From: Octopus vulgaris
Taxonomy: Eukaryota
DNA: 64,000 nt
Assembly: GCA_951406725.2 (NCBI GenBank)
Contig: OX597824.1
Location: 65,720,001-65,784,000 of the forward strand
Reading direction: 5' to 3'
In this document: piece after piece, positions 13,675 to 24,845 of the stretch
Layout: each line of letters opens with the position of its first letter
How positions within the stretch are numbered: position 1 is the stretch's first letter
Notes under the pieces: model-generated
What the model saw: the letters and a program-made list of their open reading frames with translations, nothing else
What the model was told of the DNA's origin: nothing
Databases searched by the model: none
Translations under genes and position numbers: made by a program

Positions 13675-14524
13675 TATAATTTCATGCTAAGAATTGAAAG
13701 ATAACAAAAAAGAAAAATACTTAACCCTTTAGCATTCACATTATTCTGTTAAATGTACTGCTTTTTTATTCACATTGTCTAACAGTGTATGCTTTTGTTT
13801 CTGTAAATTGCACATTTTAAATATCATCACTGCTTGAAAATGTAAAACACTGAGCACAGCATGTAATGTAAAAGTTCTTTCAAAACTCGGGCTCAAGACA
13901 ATAATGTCCATCATTGAGGTAATAAAAAGTGATGTTCTTTTCATGTTGTCTAGCTATAGATATGGTTTTGTACTTAAGTTCACTTCACAACAGCTTGGAC
14001 AAGTGTTTACTATCATAGCTTTGGCCGGGAATGAAATTTAGCTGTGTGGAAGTCCTTCACAAGGCTCTTGGGTGCCTTTAGCAAAATCCTCTTTGCTGCA
14101 AGCATTCAGGCCAGGCCTCCAGTGTGAAGATAACTTCCCTCTTTAATCACTGAGACTCCTCATTAAGCCATTAAAAAAAATTACAATTCAGTGAAACAAT
14201 ATATGGATTGTACTACTACTGCCATCATGAGGTTACTGTCAGTTTTTCCATGACAGTAAGACCGAACAGATCTACCAAGTATCCCATTATATCTGTTATA
14301 GAAGTATATATATATAATAATAATAATATAACTGAGATGTACTTGCATAGCAAGTGATCTGATCTGAGATTGTGTGCTGGAACAAAAACAATTGCAGCAT
14401 AAAAGGTGTTTATAAGCCAGTTAAGAAGCATACAAAATCCGTTAGATTCACTTCAACATTTAAATTTTATTTGCCAAAATATTTTCCTCGCTTTGAGACC
14501 ACAACCTGTTCATTGACTTTACAA

Positions 14525-14566
<42 letters not shown>

Positions 14567-15410
14567 TATATACATACATATATATATGTGCAAATGTAGG
14601 CACAGGATGTCACAATACATGTACATCAAAAAATACGAAGTACGAGTACATGGAATATGAACTATTTTTTGGAACAACGAAAGACACAAATGGAAAACCA
14701 AACAAACAACACAAAAAAACGACACTTCATCAGTTGTTGGCTGTTTATCTACTCTTGTATTTCGAGCATTTAACAACAAGATACGCTTGCAATAAAACAG
14801 TTACTCCCGCAAAGCAAATTAAATAAAATTTGGGATTCTGCAGAGAGTCAAAATTGGCAACAGAAACAGGAAGGGCTGCTACGCCTAAACGAGTTTGTGG
14901 TGGCGAATGCGTAAATCAAGCTTGGACAGAAAACAGACAAGAACATGTCTTCCTAGGCTCGAGGTACAATGGAGAGAAAGAAAGAAGCACAAGTTAGGAG
15001 AAGACAAATGGCTGATGGTCATGTGGGAGTCACGTGAGCAACGGGGAAAGATTGAGGGAGAGAGTGTGACAGTCAGAGAACTGTGAAGGGGAGAGGAAAA
15101 AATTGGAGATAGGATAAGTGAGAAAAAAAAACCAGATGGGGAGAAAGGAAGAGAGAAAAAATAGGAAAGAGTACTGGGAGAAGAGGAGGTAAAAGAATAA
15201 GAGAGAGAAAGAAAAATGAAAGAGTAAAAAGATAGAGTGTGCATCAGAATTATTAAGATAAAACTTACTTGGAAAAGGATGCATAGCGCTCAATCATATA
15301 ATAATATAAATAATATACATACATATGTATGTGTATATATATAGCTATATATATGTATGTGTATATATATATATATATGCATTTATATATATGTATATAT
15401 TTATATATAT

Positions 15411-16587
15411 GTTGTTGTTGGCATCCTTTTTGTCTTGGGAGACAATGGAGTTGCGGTTAAAATAATCTAGTCTGGCTTTTACATTTCATGTCCTAATATA
15501 TCTCCTGCTGTGGCAGTGTAGTCCTATCCTGGACAAACACTCCCTCTGGCAGGTGCCGCAAATGTAGCGAAGACTTTGCCTGACTGGTTGTAATGACATA
15601 GTTTCTTGTCTTTCCATTTCTCCTCTCTCCCTCTGTCACTCCTTTGTGTTCCCTCTTTTACGGTATATCGCCTATCTCCACTGTTGCCGGCAACTGCTTC
15701 CCTGTTGATGTCGCAGGCCTTCCTGTCCCTTTTGCAAATATCCTTGTATCGTAAGAATGGTCTTCCCACAGACCTAGTGCCCCCAGCAAGCTCTCCGGAA
15801 AGTATGTCCTTGGAGATTCTGCCATCTTCCATACGGCTAACATGTCTAAGCCATCTCATATGTCATTGTGTGAGGAGTGCAGACATACATGGTATTCCTG
15901 ATTGCTTGAGGACATGATTCTGCCATTTGATGCCAAGGATTTTCCGGAGGCAGTGTAGGTGACGCTCTTGGCATGTGTATGGCGTCCAAGTCTCACTTCC
16001 ATACAGTAGAGTGCTAAGTACACATGCCTGGTAAATCTTCATTTTTGTGGTCTTGGTCAGCTTATTGTTGTTACATGCCTTCAAAATAAAAAACGGGGTA
16101 AAGCAAGGTTGTGTCCTTGCTCCGACATTATTTGGCATCTTCTTCTTGCTGTTGCTGTCACATGCCTTTAGACATCAGATGATGGAGTGTTTCTGCACAG
16201 TAGAAGTGATGGGAAACTGTTCAATCTCTTGCGTCTGCATGCCAAGACCAAAATCTGAAGCATCCTGATCAAGGAGATGCTATTTGCTGATGATGCCGCT
16301 CTGGTATCACACAGAAGAAGCCCTGCAAAGGCTCATCAACTGTTTTGAGCAAGCATGTAGCAACTTTGGCTTAGTTATCAGCCTCAAGAAGACCAATATC
16401 ATGGGTCAGGCTACATCGGACATCCCAAACATACATATTGGAGACCACAGACTACAGGAGGTGGAGAAGTTTACCTATCTTGGCTCTACCATCACCTACA
16501 ACCTACCCCTTGATGCCGAGCTCAATATATGCAGTATAAGGCAGCTGCTGTGATAGCCCAACACTCCAAATGGGCATGGGAAACAAT
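15411..16587. mobile_element. 5'-truncated RTE LINE with an inverted 5' segment
   Basis: Minus strand 15411-~16074 carries NNKLTKTTKMKIYQACVLSTLLYGSETW...RWLRHVSRMEDGRI and a (CAA)n tail. Plus strand ~16075-16587 carries GVKQGCVLAPTLF...FADD...EKFTYLGS. Confidence 0.9.
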
Positions 16588-16682
16588 ATATATATATTTA
16601 TATGTATATATATATAAATATTTATATGCATATATATATTTATATGCATATATATATATATATATATATTTATATCTATGTG

Positions 16683-16726
<44 letters not shown>

Positions 16727-17159
16727 TCTATATCATCATCGTTTAATGTCCGCTTTGCATGCTGGCATGGGTTGGACGGTTTGACTGAGGACTGGCGAGC
16801 CAGATGGTTGCACCAGGCTCCAATCTGATCTAGCAGAATTTCTACAGCTAGGTACTTTATGTGCCACCGGTACGAAAGCCAGTCAGATGGTACTGGCAAT
16901 GGCCATGCTCAAATGGTGTTTCTTACGTACCACCTGCACAAGAGTCAGTCCAGCGGCACTGGCAACCTCCTCACTCAAATGTTGTTTCTCACATGTCAGT
17001 AAAGCAATGCTGGTAATAATCTCGCTCAAATGGTGCTTTTTATGTGCCACCAGCACCACAGCCAGTCAGCAGCCCTGGCAACTAACAAGCTCAGATGGTG
17101 CTCTTAGCGCTCCACTAGCACAGATGCCAGTTATCGAATTTGATTTCGATTTCACTTGC

Positions 17160-17882
17160 CCCAACAACCTGGTAATGTGCACTTGGAAAGAGGTATCATC
17201 ACTCATGTCTATACCTAGGTCCCTCACTGATTTAGGCTATGGGATTGAAATTCCCTGTGGACCAGTGTACTCTGTAAGTTTCATATTCAGTTTTGGATAC
17301 TGGTAGTGCAGGGCTTGGAATTTTTCAGCATTAAACTGCATATTATTATCCTCAGCTCATCTGTAAATTGAGTCCAACTCCTGTAGCAGGTGTGCAACAT
17401 CGCTGGGGTTCTGTATTTTCTGCGAGACTTTCGTATCATCTACATAGCTTGCAAGGGTGGCTATCCGGGCACTTGAGGGCCACTATAAAAAGCAGTGGTC
17501 CCAAGACAGTGCCCAATGGAACACCGCTCACTATTTGTGTGTTCATAGAGGTGGCTACATTAGTCACTACTGCCTGACTCCTATCTTTCAGAAAGCCATG
17601 TAACCACTTTCCAAGTTTTCCAGCTATGCCAAGATCACACAGTTTGTGGCATATCATACCATGATCCACTTTGTCAAAAAGCTTTTGTAAAATCAAGGTA
17701 TATTACATTCACATTTGAGTTGTTGAGTAACTGCTTCAACACTCAGTCATAATGTTGTAAGAGCTGGGTCAGGCAGCTCCTACCTGGTTGAAAGCCATGC
17801 TGGGTATCACTCAACAAGTTATTTTCTTCAAGGAATGCAATTAGTTTCCCTCTAACTATCCATTCCATAACTTTGCTGATAT
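17160..17882 (-). mobile_element. CR1/L2-group LINE reverse transcriptase fragment (a similar 3' fragment at ~32893-33080)
   Basis: QHGFQPGRSCLTQLL...YLDF.KAFDKVDH...SGVPLGTVLGPLLFI RT motifs with stops and frameshifts. Confidence 0.88.
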
Positions 17883-17966
17883 ATGACTTATAATTTTAAT
17901 AATAATAATAATAATAACTTTATTAAGTAGTCAGTGTGTTAATATATATATATATATATATATATG

Positions 17967-18350
17967 CTAGCAGCATAGCCTGGCGTTGCCCGGGTATGTA
18001 AGAGCCCCCTAGTAGGCAACGACTAATCCCAATCTAGTCCTTTCCCTCTAGGGAACGATGGCGCATGTGTATACGATGTTCCTAGCTGTCCCTTTGGGCG
18101 ATAAAATGGTCGAGTTGTGTACCTTAGACAGAAAATGTGTTGCATATAAAAAGCTTAGGTTCTCGAGCCAATGTCGAATTTATCGATTTTTTTCAGAACT
18201 GGGGGAACTTTTCAAAATTTTCACTGCCTTAGTTTTGAATTATGACATTGGGCTATGTGTGTGTCAAGTTTCATCAGAATCGGTTGAAAGCCGTGGTCAG
18301 GGGGAGGGTACAACCACACAGACAGACAAACTGCCGTTTATATATATAGA
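17967..18350 (-). mobile_element. Non-autonomous Helitron-like element inside (TA)n
   Basis: On the minus strand it begins TCTATATAT and ends with a GC hairpin (cctggcgttgcccggg) plus CTAG. ACAG repeats near the TC end. Confidence 0.7.
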
Positions 18351-19089
18351 TATATATATATATATATATATACAATTTACGGTTCCCAATTTTTTTAGAC
18401 TTCCTTTCTTCTCCAACAGCGGCTTCCGGCTTTCATATTCGCAGCAAGTTGCAAAAACATTTTATCCCATTATCTTTCGTACCTCATTCGTTACTATTGT
18501 TAAACGTCTGTACTCATACAATAACTGCTTCGTTTTTCCTATCTTTTCTCTACGAAATTTAACCCTTTAATCCTTCAATCCTTAATTTGCATCTTTTCTG
18601 CCATTCGGCGGTGCCCAAGCCCTCCCACCCCCACCACCAATACCGGTGAACACTTCTCACCACCAATACCGGTAAACACTTCTCACCATCTACACCGGAT
18701 ATGCCCTCCTCCTCCCCCACCACCATTGCGTGTGTCTCTCCCTCCTACCCCTCCTTCACATATGCTTTCACTGTGTACTACCCCTTCCCCCACCAAGTCA
18801 AGCTGCTAGCACCGCAGCTCATTAACTGCCCCACTGATCTTATGTTACCTCCTGTTTAGAATCTGGCACTGCCTCAATCCGACCATCTCCTTCCAGTCCC
18901 CCTCCCCGTCTCGTGATATCCTACGTTTTTATTTCTTCTGCACCAACCCTTTCCTTGTCATCGTTCCTCCTTACCCAACCTTCCCCACTGGTGCTTCCCT
19001 TTATTACCTGCACCCCCCCACTATCTCTCCCTCTCTTTCCACTGGTGGAACCTTTCTCAGCTAGACCCCCCCCCAACTCAACTCTAGAA

Positions 19090-19323
19090 AAAGCTCGAAC
19101 CGATCGTGACCGATGCCGGACCCCCCGGCCCCTGTGCAGGTGGCACGTAAAAAGCACCCAATCCACTCGCGGAGTGGTTGGCGTTAGGAAGGGCATCCAG
19201 TCGTAGAAACTCTGCCAGATCAGACTGGAGCCTGGAGAGGCCTCTGGCTTCCCAGACCCTGGTCAAACCGTCCAACCCGTGCTAGCGCGGAAAACGGACG
19301 TTAAACGATGATGATGATGATGA
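19090..19323 (+). mobile_element. SINE/LINE 3' end with (GAT)n tail; family also at ~16730-16860 (-) and ~38395-38680
   Basis: Shared ggcgttaggaagggcatccag...ccgtccaacccgtgctagc...acgttaaacgatgatgat module recurs in the window. Confidence 0.7.
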
Positions 19324-20533
19324 CACACACACACATATAAAGGAATCTCCCTTGTTAGATGATGTGTGAGAGTTCGACAATTTCTTACTGAACAATCACA
19401 CAGATGATTTGTTTATAGTGATCAAATGTTAGTGAAGACATTAGCTCACTCCTGCCATCAGATCAAGATTACCTCTACAGGTGTAATGGGTGCCACATGT
19501 CGAAATGATGCAGAGCAATGTAAAAATGAAGTGCTTTGCTCAAGAACACAACACCTTCCATGCTGGCATGGGTTGGGTAGTTTGTCAGGAGCTGGCCATG
19601 CAGAACACTACACCAAACATCTGTCATTTTCGGTATGGTTTTTATGGTTGGACGTCCTTCCTAACACCATTTAGAGAGGAATATGGATACGGGCATGGTT
19701 GTATGTTAAAAAGTTCACTTCCCAATCAACTGGTTTTGGATTCAAGCCTCACTTCGTAGCACTTAGGGCAAGTGATTTCTAATAGAGCCTTAGGCTGACA
19801 AAAGCTTTGTGAATGGATTTAACAGAAGGAAACTGTAAAAAGCCTATCGAATATGTAAGTTGGTGTGTTTATTTACATATATGCTTCTCCAAAAAGGGGA
19901 AGCTGTATATAATGATGATGTTATTATTTTCCTCCTCAACAAGTCATCTGCTGGCTTTGCACCTTCATAAACACATGGAATAAGATGTCCCTTTCATGTA
20001 AAACAGCTGAGGATTAAAGAAGGGCATCTAGTTGTAAATGCCTCAATAAAATACACATGTACCCTATGCTGGTATGGATAACATGAACGTAAAAATATAT
20101 GGATGAATAAAAATATAGTTATATCATATTTAAATTCCAAAGTAAAGCGGTGAGCAAGCCGAATCATTAGCATGCTGGGCAAAATGCTTAGCAGCATTTC
20201 ATCTGTCCATATGTTCTGAGTTCAAATTCTGAGGCTAATATTGCCTTTCATCCTTTCAGGGTGGATAAAATAAGTACCAGTTGAGCACTGGAATCAATGT
20301 AACTGACTAAACTCCAACCCCTGGAATTGCTGGTCTTGTGCCAAAATTTGAAATCAATACTAAATTCTAACACAAGACCACAATTTGAGGACGAAGGAGA
20401 AAAACAGTTGATTAAATTGAACTCAGTACTTCACTGGTACTTATTTTATCAACCCAAGAAGGATGAAGAACAAAATCTACGTTGGTAGGATTCAAATTTG
20501 GAACATAAAGAGAAAATATTGCAATATACAAAC

Positions 20534-20621
20534 CTTCAAGGCAATCAGTCAGGGATTCATAGTCTGAATAAGTTCGTGTTTCTGGTTTAGGATTAGGTTG
20601 AATTAACATGATGGTGTGAGA
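20534..20621 (-). CDS. ERH: ERH exon 2
   Basis: ctctcattgtag|...G|gtttgt, 88 nt. Reads SHTIMLIQPNPKPETRTYSDYESLTDCLE(G). Confidence 0.96.
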
Positions 20622-20735
20622 CTACAATGAGAGAAAAAAAAAACACATTTACATATGAGGATGAGAACAGTGTGTGTATATATACATATATCACATTGTA
20701 CATATGTGTATAAAATTTAAAAAACAGTCAATGTA

Positions 20736-22028
20736 CGAGGGGTGTATGAAAAGTCTTGAGCCTCAAAAAAACAAAACATGGTATAAGACATGGTATAAAA
20801 ATAAATCATCAGAAGACTTCTGATGATTTATTTTTCAACATAGTCACCTCTCGATGACTGAACACTTTCTCCAGCGGTGCTGAAGTGCCATTATCCCGGC
20901 GCAGAAGAACTCTTTTGTTTGAGACTCCAAGAAACATCCTACAGCGTTTGTGACATCATTGTCACTGGCAAAATGGCAACCAGCCAGGGCTTTTTTAATT
21001 TTTGGAAATAGATGAAAGTCAGAGGGGGCTAAGTCTGGCGAATGGGGAACAAGTTCGTATCCACAATCACGAATTGTTGCCATGGCAACCACTGAGGTGT
21101 GTGCTGGAGCATTGTCGTGATGAAAAAGGACTCCTCTGGTGAGCATTCCTGGCCTTTTTTCTTTGATTGCTTCTCGGAGGCGCTTCGGTAGCTGAGAATA
21201 CAGCCCTGTCGTGGTGTGACCCTTTTCGAGGTAATCGATCAACAAGACACCTTGAGAATCCAAAAAAAACGGACGCGATGACCTTGCCAGCTGAAGGAAT
21301 GACCCTGGCCTTCTTTGGGGTAGGAGAAGATGTGTGCTTCCACTGCTTTGACTGTTCTTTGGTTTCAGGCTGGTAGTGATGAACCCAACTTTCGTCCATA
21401 GTAATGAAATGAGCAAGAAAATTCTCTTCATCGGCTTCAAACAGTTCCAGATTGCTCGTGGACAAAGTGCGTCTGGTGCGTTTCTGTTCAGGAGTCAAAA
21501 GGCGAGGGACCCACCTTGCAGAAACCTTTCAGAACCCAAGTTCTTTTGTCACAATGTTGTCTGCACTTTCAGTTGAAATGCTCAGTCTCTTGGCTATCTG
21601 ACGATATGATATTCAACGATCTTGCATTATCATACTAAGAGCAAGGTCCTTGGTGGTTGCAGTTGGAGGTCTCCCTGGTCTGGGATCAACTTCCACACTC
21701 TCCCTGCCACGCTTGAATTCATTTACCCAGCGTTTGACTGTTGCATATGAAGGAGCATTGTCTGTTAAGGTTCTCACCATATCTTCATGGATTTCTGATG
21801 GAGCCATGCCTTTCAAATGACGGTACTTTCGATACTCAGTTTTCTCCATTTTCCTTGTAAACTTGAAGCTTGTTTATTCAAAAATCTGTAACAAAAAAAA
21901 TTTAAATATCAGAATCATGAAAATGAGCAAGAATACTCCGAAAAGACTGTACTTACCAAAAAAAATTGTTTCAGCTATATAGCAGCCCCGTTTCTAGGTT
22001 AGGCTCAAAACTTTTCATACACCCCTCG
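20736..22028 (-). mobile_element. Full-length mariner with frameshifted transposase in ERH intron 1
   Basis: TA TSDs. 28-bp TIRs CGAGGGGTGTATGAAAAGT(C/T)TTGAGCCT. HTH, ITMDESWVHHY, HHDNAPAH and SPDLAPSDFHLF (DD34D) motifs across three frames. Confidence 0.95.
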
Positions 22029-22984
22029 TAAGAAGTATGGTTGTTGTTCTTTACTTTAACTCATGTTTGTATTGACCAAGCCAATCTATGATCAAAGGTA
22101 TTTCAACCATGACCATCTTGTCTTTTATATAGACATTATGTACCCTTCCTTTATTAAATTTAGTAATAAAGTGTTCATGAAAATTTGGTTGCTATTTCTA
22201 ACAGGTCAAGTGATCATGTATGTGCTTCCACACTGGTTCAGAGTATAGTGGAGTGGGTGCAGCTGTATGGCTTTTTCTTAAGGCATGATGCTAATGCTCA
22301 GGAAACTAAAGGGAAGATAAATACAACTGATTCTTGGATCACTATCACTAAATCTATTGTAGATACTGTTTGGGTAAGATTTTATATTCTTCATGGCAGT
22401 GCAAAACGTTTCTTATATAAACAGCAAAAATTCCAGTATATTACTGTATACAGCTTACAAGATATGCAAACTATTTACAATACACACACATCTATATACA
22501 TACACACATGGATACACATACATACACAGTGTCTAAGTATATAGACAATGCATAAGGACATTATGTATGGGGTACTTCCATCATACCTGTGTTGCAGACC
22601 TGGTTTGACAACACATTACTTCCATAAAATAGCATTCAAGTTACAAAAACACTTACAGCTTTTGTCACAGTTCAGTAAGTCAAATGGCAATTGTTTGTGC
22701 TGTAAGTGCTTTGTTAACATTTTTTTACAAATAGTCAGCACTTGACTAAACCATACTGTTTTGGCTTGTCTGGTGACCATTAGCTAAATTATAGGGTTTG
22801 CTTAATAGCTACATCCACGAGAAGTATAGCATTTGCATACATTCTAAATGTTTTCTGTTCAATCGCAGCCAGTACTTCTCACTTAATGATTAAAACTCAA
22901 CTGTCAAACTAGGCTTGCAACTCTTGATATGATGAAAATATCCTATATAATGTTTAAAGACCATTGACAACACATTTGTTTGTA

Positions 22985-24159
22985 TCAGGTCATCCCATAA
23001 GTTCTGTCCGAATTTTGAATAAAGAAAACAAGTGATCGAATGTTATAGTTAATTGAGATTTAATCATCAATGTACTTTCCCTGATTATCTATAGCGAAGA
23101 ACTCTGAAATGTCAGTTTCGACCCCCTCCTGGCTTGTGAAAGTTATGTCCCCCAAATAGTTCTGTAAACTACGAAACAAATGATAGTCTGAAAGAGCAAG
23201 CTCAGGAGAATAAGGTGGATGAGAAATTTTTTCCCACGTGCATTGTTCTGATGAAACATCACTCCTTTTCGATTCACTAAAGCGGGTCTTTTTTTCTTCA
23301 AAGCTTGGTTCAAACGCTCTAATTGCTGACAGTAGACTTGAGCATTAATTGTTGCATTAGGTGGTAACAATTCGAAGTGAATTACTCCTTTGCAATCCCA
23401 CTAGATAGAGAGAAGAACCTTTTTTCCATGAAGTTCCTTCTCTGTTGTGGTTGAACTTTTTCCCTTTTACCAAGCCACTGTTCATGATGTTTAACATTTC
23501 GATAGAAAATCCATTTTTCGTCACCAGTCACTAGCCTATCCAAAAAGGGTGAAATGAGTTTGTGAGAATGGAGAGAAGAGCAGATGTCAACTCGGGATTT
23601 GCGGTTGCTTTCAGACAATTCATGAGGCACCCATTTTCCAAGTTTAGAAACCATTCCAAATTGTTGAAGATGATGATGAACAGTTGTATGGTTTGAACTA
23701 AGCTTTATTGCTAATTCTTCAATTGATAATGCAGGATTTTCTTCAAGTAATGCCTCAAGGAGCTTATCAAACTCAACTGGATGTCCTGTTCGATCTTCAT
23801 CTTCAAGGCTGAAATCTCCACTTCTGAATTTTGCAAACCATTTTCTGCAAGTTCTTTCATTCAAACATTCTTTTCCATAAACTGAGTGTATGTTTCGAGT
23901 CGTTTCAGCGGCAGAGTTTCCTTTTTTGTACTCATAAAGCATTATATGCCTCAAATACTCTTTGGATATTTCCATGTTAGAAAGGGTTTTAATCAAAGAT
24001 ATTTTAATTCTATTATTCTGTAAAATAATATTTAATTAGTTTAAATGTACACAAATGCATAAAAATAATTTTTAATTTCATCAGACATTCTAAAATACTA
24101 TTAAATTTCATTCAATTTAAAAAAAAGTAAAATCAGACAGAACTTATGGGATGACCTGA
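22985..24159 (-). mobile_element. Second mariner (different subfamily) with disrupted transposase in ERH intron 1
   Basis: TA TSDs. TIRs TCAGGTCATCCCATAAGTTCTGTC. MEISKEYLRHIMLYEY...WVPHEL...VTGDEKW motifs; C-terminal half frameshifted. Confidence 0.95.
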
Positions 24160-24180
24160 TATATGTACTTTTGAAATAGC

Positions 24181-24222
<42 letters not shown>

Positions 24223-24226
<4 letters not shown>

Positions 24227-24524
24227 GAAAAAAAACACCTTTTATCAATTCAATAATGAAAAAGTAAATTATACCATTTAGAAAAATTACATATTATAGA
24301 AAGATTAAATATAAGATAAAACATAACAATGATTAAAAATTCTGCAAAAAAATAAATAAAACGTAAATATTTATTTATTTATGTTTTATTTATTTTTTTG
24401 CACAATTTTTAATCATTGTTATATGTTTTATCTTATATTTAATCTTTCTACAAGATGTAATTTTTCTAGATGGTATAATTTAATATTCCATTACTGAATT
24501 AATAAAAGGTGGGTTTTTTCTAAT
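24223..24524. repeat. AT-rich long inverted repeat (fold-back), ~145-bp arms
   Basis: attagaaaaaaaacaccttttatcaattc... pairs with ...gaattaataaaaggtgggttttttctaat. Centre ~24370; (TA)n on both sides. Confidence 0.88.
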
Positions 24525-24612
24525 TTATATATATATATTTTGTGAAATTTGATTTAGTATTTCTAAATTGAATTTTTCCCAGTAAGTTTGGAATAATATT
24601 CCCTCATATTAT

Positions 24613-24652
<40 letters not shown>

Positions 24653-24814
24653 TACAAAATATACATTAAGTGAATACTAAATACTATAATTTAATCTATA
24701 TACATTAAATCAAATTATTAATTAATTAATTTATATATTTAATAAACATCTAAATAAAATCTTATACTCATTAAGTAATTTATATTAAAACCTTAATGTT
24801 AAATAATATACATA

Positions 24815-24845
<31 letters not shown>

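Noticed and set aside
16503-16899. ORFs rich in YI/IY repeats (also ~10000, ~14400, ~24800, ~40140)
   Set aside because: They are translations of (TA)n microsatellites, not genes.
20844-23996. Long transposase ORFs as a domesticated or active gene (SETMAR-like)
   Set aside because: Both elements keep TIRs and TSDs but have frameshifts and stops, and no SET domain is present.
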